A stretch of DNA of 64,000 bases from Candidatus Bathyarchaeota archaeon. GTDB taxonomy: Archaea > Thermoproteota > Bathyarchaeia > Bathyarchaeales > Bathycorpusculaceae. Under the pieces are notes generated by a model. The model searched no databases. It saw only the letters and a list, made by a program, of their open reading frames with translations, and had not been told where the DNA came from. Below, piece after piece: positions 58,972 through 64,000 of the stretch (position 1 is its first letter; each line of letters opens with the position of its first letter). The stretch spans positions 105,359-169,358 of the forward strand of contig CAWFFH010000005.1 of NCBI GenBank assembly GCA_963815095.1, given 5' to 3'. Made by a program: the position numbers and the translations under genes.

Positions 58972-60614
58972 GTAGCAAAGAAGAAAAACACGCTCGTCTC
59001 AGTGCAATTAGGGCAGTGATAACTGGTCAGCTGCCGACAATAGAGAAGACCGTTATTCAAGTCATAAATATAAAACGTGGTCGCCAAAAAATCAGAAAAG
59101 AAAAAGCAAAAGGGCGCCTAGCAAATGCCTCAAGCCGCTGGACAGACAAGATCCCCCACCCATCGGTTATGTCTAGGCTTGATGAGATTAACGCAGATCC
59201 GGACGTCGAAACAGCTATCACTAATTTGACAGAAATGGTTGCCGCTGGCTTCTTTACAGAAATGGGTCAAGACGTCCCAAAAGTAACTGACCAAACAACA
59301 GGTAAGGAAAAGCCGCACCCCAATAAGGTTAAACTCGATGCCTGGGCAGAGAAGCACAGAGCTGATGAAGTCCTAAAGATGGCTGTCAGGGAAGCATTTG
59401 AGAAAGGCTTTTTCGCTATAGATTTAGACCCTGACGATAACTTTGAGCCCAAAGTGCTGCCATCCGAAAGCATGTACATGTGGCGCCATGTAGATGAGAA
59501 AAAACCCTACAAATTCACCCAGGAGTTCGGTGGGCAAGTCACTGAAACTTGGGAAGGCGACGATCTTGAGCGTATTATTTGGTGGGCTCACAAAGAGACG
59601 CCGATGAACCCGTATGGCAAAGCACTTGCTTTTTGTCTTGAGGACTTTGTCGACTCAAGGCGAGAGATGACAGAGGATGGAAATGCAGTTCTGCACCGCT
59701 TGGGCTACCCAGATCGCAGGTTTGAATGCAGAGACGACAAAGTCAGAGACCTGATCTATGATGAGTATACAAAGAAGGAACCGGATGAAGCTATTTTCCT
59801 TGCGGGAGTTAACGAGGGTGACATTAACGAGAAGTCATCGCAGCTGCAAAACATCCGCATTAACTTTGAAGGCTTCCAGCAGAGCAACGACCAACGCATC
59901 ACCAATAACTTAAATGCGCCTACAATGAGCACCCTCAAAAATAGCACTGAAGCTAGCGCTACAAAGATGCTTGAGTTTTTCGAGAACTATGCCCAGGGCA
60001 TTCAATTTAGCCTCAAACGTCTCATTGAAAACTCGATATTTCAAAAGGTATTGGGCAAGCCGTCTACTTCTAACCCTATCCCGAACTTGACTTGGGGGAG
60101 AAAACGCACAGGCCTTGAAAAGTTAACAGGTAAAGACGTTGCGGAGCTAAAAACATCTGGCTGCATTACCTTCGATCAAGCTCAGGACTTACTCAAAAAG
60201 CTAGGTGTTCCACTAAAAGACTTGCCGCCTCAATCTGTTCAGGATCCCACTGCAGTTCCATCTGTTGGCCTTCCGCAAATGCCACAGCTAGACCCGGCGA
60301 GAATGAAAACACTGAAGACTTCTCTTGAGGTATTGGAGAAAAATTATGCTGAGAAAAACATCAGCCTAGACGAGGCTTTCAAAGAGGGCGCTAAAGCCAT
60401 ACGGGCACATGTTGACGCAGCAAAACGCGAGGTCCTAACTCGCCTGCAGAAAGATATACAGGGCGCCAAGTTGTCGCCGGAAGCTGAAAGCTACTTCAAG
60501 GTCCTACAGTTCAACTTAGGCAGTCAGTTTAAGCAAAAGCTACTGCCTACAGGCACCCATACGGAGTGCGGCCATCCTGAAGGAAAGCAGTTCACAGTCA
60601 CCGTCGAAGCTTGA
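58968..60614 (+). CDS. portal protein
   Basis: Position after TerL, 548 aa, DPDVETAI, H....NPYG, STEASA motifs. Confidence 0.75.
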   Translation: MSSKEEKHARLSAIRAVITGQLPTIEKTVIQVINIKRGRQKIRKEKAKGRLANASSRWTDKIPHPSVMSRLDEINADPDVETAITNLTEMVAAGFFTEMGQDVPKVTDQTTGKEKPHPNKVKLDAWAEKHRADEVLKMAVREAFEKGFFAIDLDPDDNFEPKVLPSESMYMWRHVDEKKPYKFTQEFGGQVTETWEGDDLERIIWWAHKETPMNPYGKALAFCLEDFVDSRREMTEDGNAVLHRLGYPDRRFECRDDKVRDLIYDEYTKKEPDEAIFLAGVNEGDINEKSSQLQNIRINFEGFQQSNDQRITNNLNAPTMSTLKNSTEASATKMLEFFENYAQGIQFSLKRLIENSIFQKVLGKPSTSNPIPNLTWGRKRTGLEKLTGKDVAELKTSGCITFDQAQDLLKKLGVPLKDLPPQSVQDPTAVPSVGLPQMPQLDPARMKTLKTSLEVLEKNYAEKNISLDEAFKEGAKAIRAHVDAAKREVLTRLQKDIQGAKLSPEAESYFKVLQFNLGSQFKQKLLPTGTHTECGHPEGKQFTVTVEA

Positions 60615-60657
60615 AGTCGCAGCGGCAGTTGCAGTCGTCCTTGTCTATCTTGAAGAG

Positions 60658-60977
60658 TTGGAGTGGCAGCGCCCAAAGATTTCTCCTGAAGACTACGCAG
60701 GGCATGGAGTAAGCTATTTCTCGGAAACTGATTGGTGGTATTATCAGACAGTAACCGATAACCGCACCTGTTTTCCCTGCAATAGCTTTGACAAAACAAC
60801 CTTCACTGGAGATGAGTTGCTTTCCCTTTTTCCTTATCTGGAAATTGGGGATGAAAACACTATTTTGCATGGGTGCATCCGAATTGCCGCTGCATCCTAA
60901 TTCGCATAACAGATCCCCTGGACTACATAGGGCTGGATATCGGCGTTACGCCTGATTGGTTGCCAGGGATGTTTTAA
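60658..60977 (+). pseudogene. MuF/SPP1 gp7-like minor head protein, frameshifted
   Basis: DNRTCFPC in one frame and HPNCRC in another; adding one T at the T-run at ~60865 joins them. Confidence 0.7.
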
Positions 60978-60986
60978 GGTGATTTT

Positions 60987-61145
60987 ATGAGTGAAGAACA
61001 AGCCTACAAGAAAGCTTCCAAACGTGAGTTCAACACAAAATCTAAATGTGTAATCTGCAAAAAGCGAATCGTTGGCAAGGCATGGCGCATCGATGATAAT
61101 CGGTATGCGTGCACGGCCTGCAATAATAGGAGACCCGGAAGTTAA
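60987..61145 (+). CDS. 52-aa zinc-finger protein
   Basis: AGGTGA RBS; CVIC...CTAC; TAATG overlap with the next gene. Confidence 0.65.
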   Translation: MSEEQAYKKASKREFNTKSKCVICKKRIVGKAWRIDDNRYACTACNNRRPGS

Positions 61146-62664
61146 TGGCAAGGCATCCTGACTTTGAACGTATTAGAAATGAGTTCATCAAGTATTATGG
61201 CGCCGAGGCAGGCGATCAAGAGTATCAAGCTTGGCTTAAAGCCCTAAACTTAGATGAAACTCAGTCGTATGGTTCCTCGCAGCGGGAGAAATTCAGCTTC
61301 ATAAAGCCAATGCTCGCTAAACTCAAAGAGGACAAAGAGAACGTCTACTACAAAGTGCTCGTTGGGTTTCCTCTAACAAGTATGAACGACCACCTCTACA
61401 CTCAAAGTAAGCTAACAGCTGCAGCAGAAACCCTAGTTGATGCGTTTGACTGTAACCTCAATCATCTGCCAGGTTATGATCTTCCAGGAGTGCGTTATGT
61501 TGCAGCCAAATTTGAGGACGGCGCCGTTGAGGCAGTTCTTAAAGTTCCAAAAGTCTCTACGATGCAACATTGACTTAACCCAGCACATGTATGACATCGG
61601 CGAAGGTAAGCCTCTTTATCGAGTGGATAGACGAGCACGTTATTGTTAACCAAAGCCTTGAGGCAACAGAAATGGGCGGGTTCCATTTTGTCGGTTCTGC
61701 CCTTCTAACTAAGGATACACTGCCCGGTATTCCTCTCTCAAGGATATTTCCACTCGAACACGTGGTCTCTGAGGCGTTGAGTGCATCACAAAAGATAAAT
61801 GGAAAAACCGTAAAAATCCAAATCAAAGGTTTAACGAACATGTCAGAAGGAACTCAAAGCTGCCCAGTTGGTCAACATTGGGACGAGAACAAAGGCGCCT
61901 GCGTGCCCGACGAAGGTACAGGCAAAACCCCCGAGGGAACAAGCGTTAGTGTAGGAGATAATATCGCGGACAGCAGCAGGAAGCCCATTGAAGCTGCCGC
62001 CTTGGCGTTAAAGTTAGCTAAGACTTCTCAAGAGGCAGCACAGCTATTTGCTGAGCGCATGAAAAAGGACCCGCTCTTTGCCTATGCGGTTGCTGAAATT
62101 GAACGCCTAAAGACTAGTCAAAGCGCCCTAGCGATCTCCAGCCTCAATGTGGCAAAGGCGCGTGTGGAATCGGAGTTAGAGAACCTCAAGTTAACAACTG
62201 CAGCTCAACTCGAAAGTGCCAAAAATGAAGCGGCAGCAAAGTTGAAGGGTGCGGAGCTTAAGGCAGCCAAAGCTGAGGAGAACTTTATCGAGGAGAGCGG
62301 ACGTCGACAAAGAGCCGAAGGAAAAGTCGAAGACCTTGAAAAGCAGGTTGAGCGTCTCGAGAATAAAGCCTCCGAAAACAACAAGAGCACGATACAGGAC
62401 GGCGCCAGAATAAAGGATTTGGAGCGTCGCTTGCAGGATAGTGAAGAGGCAAACCAGCAGCTAAAAGACGAAAACGAGAAGCTGGTCAAGAAAAAAGAAG
62501 AGATAGACGGCAAATACAGAGATCAACTCAAAAAGAACCTGGACCTTAGCAAAGAGCTCACAATTACAAATGAGGATCTGCTCCAGACGTCTCAGAGGGC
62601 TGAAAAACTCGACACGGACCTCAAAAAAGCCAAACGGTTAGCAAAAATAACCGTGAATATGTAG
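61145..62664 (+). CDS. prohead protease/scaffolding protein (two apparent frameshifts at ~61550 and ~61615)
   Basis: SMND..Y, LNH, SLE protease-like motifs then a long coiled coil; bridging frame SLRCNIDLTQHMYDIGEGKPL links ORFs 61145-61573 and 61591-62664. Confidence 0.65.
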
Positions 62665-62787
62665 TCACGACCCAACGGTCAAGACCTCGACAACCTCCCT
62701 GGATGATGGGAGGCGGCAGACGCTATGCCTAAGCTGCCGTCAGCGCACCGAGCGCACCAATGGGCACATAAAAAAGGTGAAAAAAAT
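62665..62787 (+). other. GC-rich structured leader upstream of the capsid gene
   Basis: Hairpins CCTCCC/GGGAGG (62694-62713) and CGGCAG/CTGCCG (62714-62739); AGCGCACC repeated twice. Confidence 0.45.
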
Positions 62788-63891
62788 ATGGCATCAAAAG
62801 AAGAGCCCCAGGAAATTAAGCTGGACTTTAGCGGTTTCAAAGACTCACTAGTGGAAGCCTTAGGCGAAAGAGACAAGACTCTTGTCAAAGCAATCGTTGA
62901 AGAACTTCGAAAACAAGAAGGCATCGTTGCAGGCAAGCGTAAAAAGGGACAGCTACGAGCTAGCGGTCCTACCCAAGAGAAACTTATCGAGCAACTAAAG
63001 ACTGTTGGCAAAGAAAAGAATTCATCGCTACTTACAGAGCAGTGGACGGTAGTTATTCCCAACTACACTAACGCAGAGACCTCAGCAGGCTTACGAGACT
63101 ATGTTTGGGTTGACGAACTCCTAAAAGATGAGCCAGGCGACCAAGCAAACATACCCTATGTGAAAGATGCTGACTTCGAAATCTTAGGTGCAGTTGGCAA
63201 TGCATTTGCCTCTGAAACCACAGATTTAATCTCAAGCGTTACTACCACACTATACGAAGCAGGCCTCTGGACACAGATCCCCTACTACATACTCGAACGC
63301 ATCAACCAAAACCTACTCGACGAAATCAACTCCATGCTAGCAAACGCCTCAGTGCGAGCTGAAGACGCAAAGATCATGTCGCTTATCGAGGCGGGTACAG
63401 GCACCAACTTCGCCGGCGACGTCGGTCGTAGCACAGGTCCCGCATACTTCTATGCATCCAACATAGCCCAATCCATCCGCACCCTACTCAATGCAGGCAA
63501 AAAAGTACGCCCCAACGAATGCGTCTGTTACCTAACAAGCTACGCTTACGGCGCACTGCTCGAAGAACTATTCTCAAACGAAGTCATAGCCACAGCCGAC
63601 CCAACCCTGATTAGAACCGGAGAAATCGAGGAACTAATGGGCGTGGGCTTAGTCGTCGGCGGCTATAGACCAAGCCAGCAAAGAACCAACGCAGGCACCG
63701 GCACAGTTGATTTGTGCTTCTGTATGAGAGGTAAACGTGCAGTCGCATTGACTCCAAAACGGGAGTTACTCATTGAAACTGACAAAGCAATTGAGACTCG
63801 CAAGCTCAAAATCACCGCAAGCCACACGTTTGGCGCTAAAATCCTGGACTTCAAAGAAATCGTACGCATCTGGACAAGCCACGTCGATTAA
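62788..63891 (+). CDS. major capsid protein (HK97-type by position and size)
   Basis: AGGTGA RBS; follows the scaffold; PGDQANIP, GEIEELMGV and C-terminal strand pattern typical of HK97-fold MCPs. Confidence 0.75.
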   Translation: MASKEEPQEIKLDFSGFKDSLVEALGERDKTLVKAIVEELRKQEGIVAGKRKKGQLRASGPTQEKLIEQLKTVGKEKNSSLLTEQWTVVIPNYTNAETSAGLRDYVWVDELLKDEPGDQANIPYVKDADFEILGAVGNAFASETTDLISSVTTTLYEAGLWTQIPYYILERINQNLLDEINSMLANASVRAEDAKIMSLIEAGTGTNFAGDVGRSTGPAYFYASNIAQSIRTLLNAGKKVRPNECVCYLTSYAYGALLEELFSNEVIATADPTLIRTGEIEELMGVGLVVGGYRPSQQRTNAGTGTVDLCFCMRGKRAVALTPKRELLIETDKAIETRKLKITASHTFGAKILDFKEIVRIWTSHVD

Positions 63892-63940
63892 TAACGCTGC
63901 TGTGCAAGCGGAATTCCATCAAGGAACGACCGCTCCCAAC

Positions 63941-63951
63941 TTTTTATTTTT
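63941..63951 (+). terminator. T-rich terminator after the capsid gene
   Basis: TTTTTATTTTT tract about 50 nt after the stop. Confidence 0.4.
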
Positions 63952-64000
63952 AATAGCAAGAACGGAAAAAGGTTTACTTGCTCAAGTTAGCGGTTTTTCG

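Larger units (their letters stand above)
46665..64000 (+). mobile_element. Caudoviricetes-like provirus (right end beyond the window)
   Basis: Co-oriented TerS-TerL-portal-MuF-protease/scaffold-MCP order; tightly overlapping hypothetical ORFs; starts at the tRNA-Arg 3' end. Confidence 0.9.

Noticed and set aside
1020-63869. Numerous antisense or nested ORFs in the track (e.g. 1020-1496, 12388-12786, 42904-43371, 51844-52419, 62679-63062)
   Set aside because: They lie opposite or within well-supported genes and lack motifs; shadow ORFs.

Overview
Archaeal chromosome segment, most consistent with Bathyarchaeia (TACK-type gene set, DUF1512, an eL22-like protein, a divergent EF-2, PEF-CTERM-type surface protein). 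About 1-46.7 kb is host backbone: metabolism and translation genes, DNA ligase, TrpRS, glucan phosphorylase, four tRNAs (Ala-GGC, a two-intron Trp-CCA, Ile-GAT, Arg-TCG) and an unlinked 5S rRNA. It also holds a 7-gene accessory isoprenoid/lipid cluster (21.5-27.7 kb). From the 3' end of tRNA-Arg (~46.67 kb) to the window end is a head-tail (Caudoviricetes-like) provirus: small methyltransferase, regulators, a ParB/ABC-ATPase/GNAT module whose GNAT has an internal, almost wholly synonymous duplication, then TerS, TerL, portal, MuF-like, protease/scaffold and major capsid genes. Between the GNAT and TerS lies a block of host-like regulator, membrane and surface genes punctuated by five copies of a ~33-bp motif, three of them shortly after stop codons. 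This candidate gene-cassette array is the best candidate for an undescribed system. Many proviral genes carry single-base frameshifts (decay or long-read error). All assignments come from motif recognition by eye; no database searches were run.
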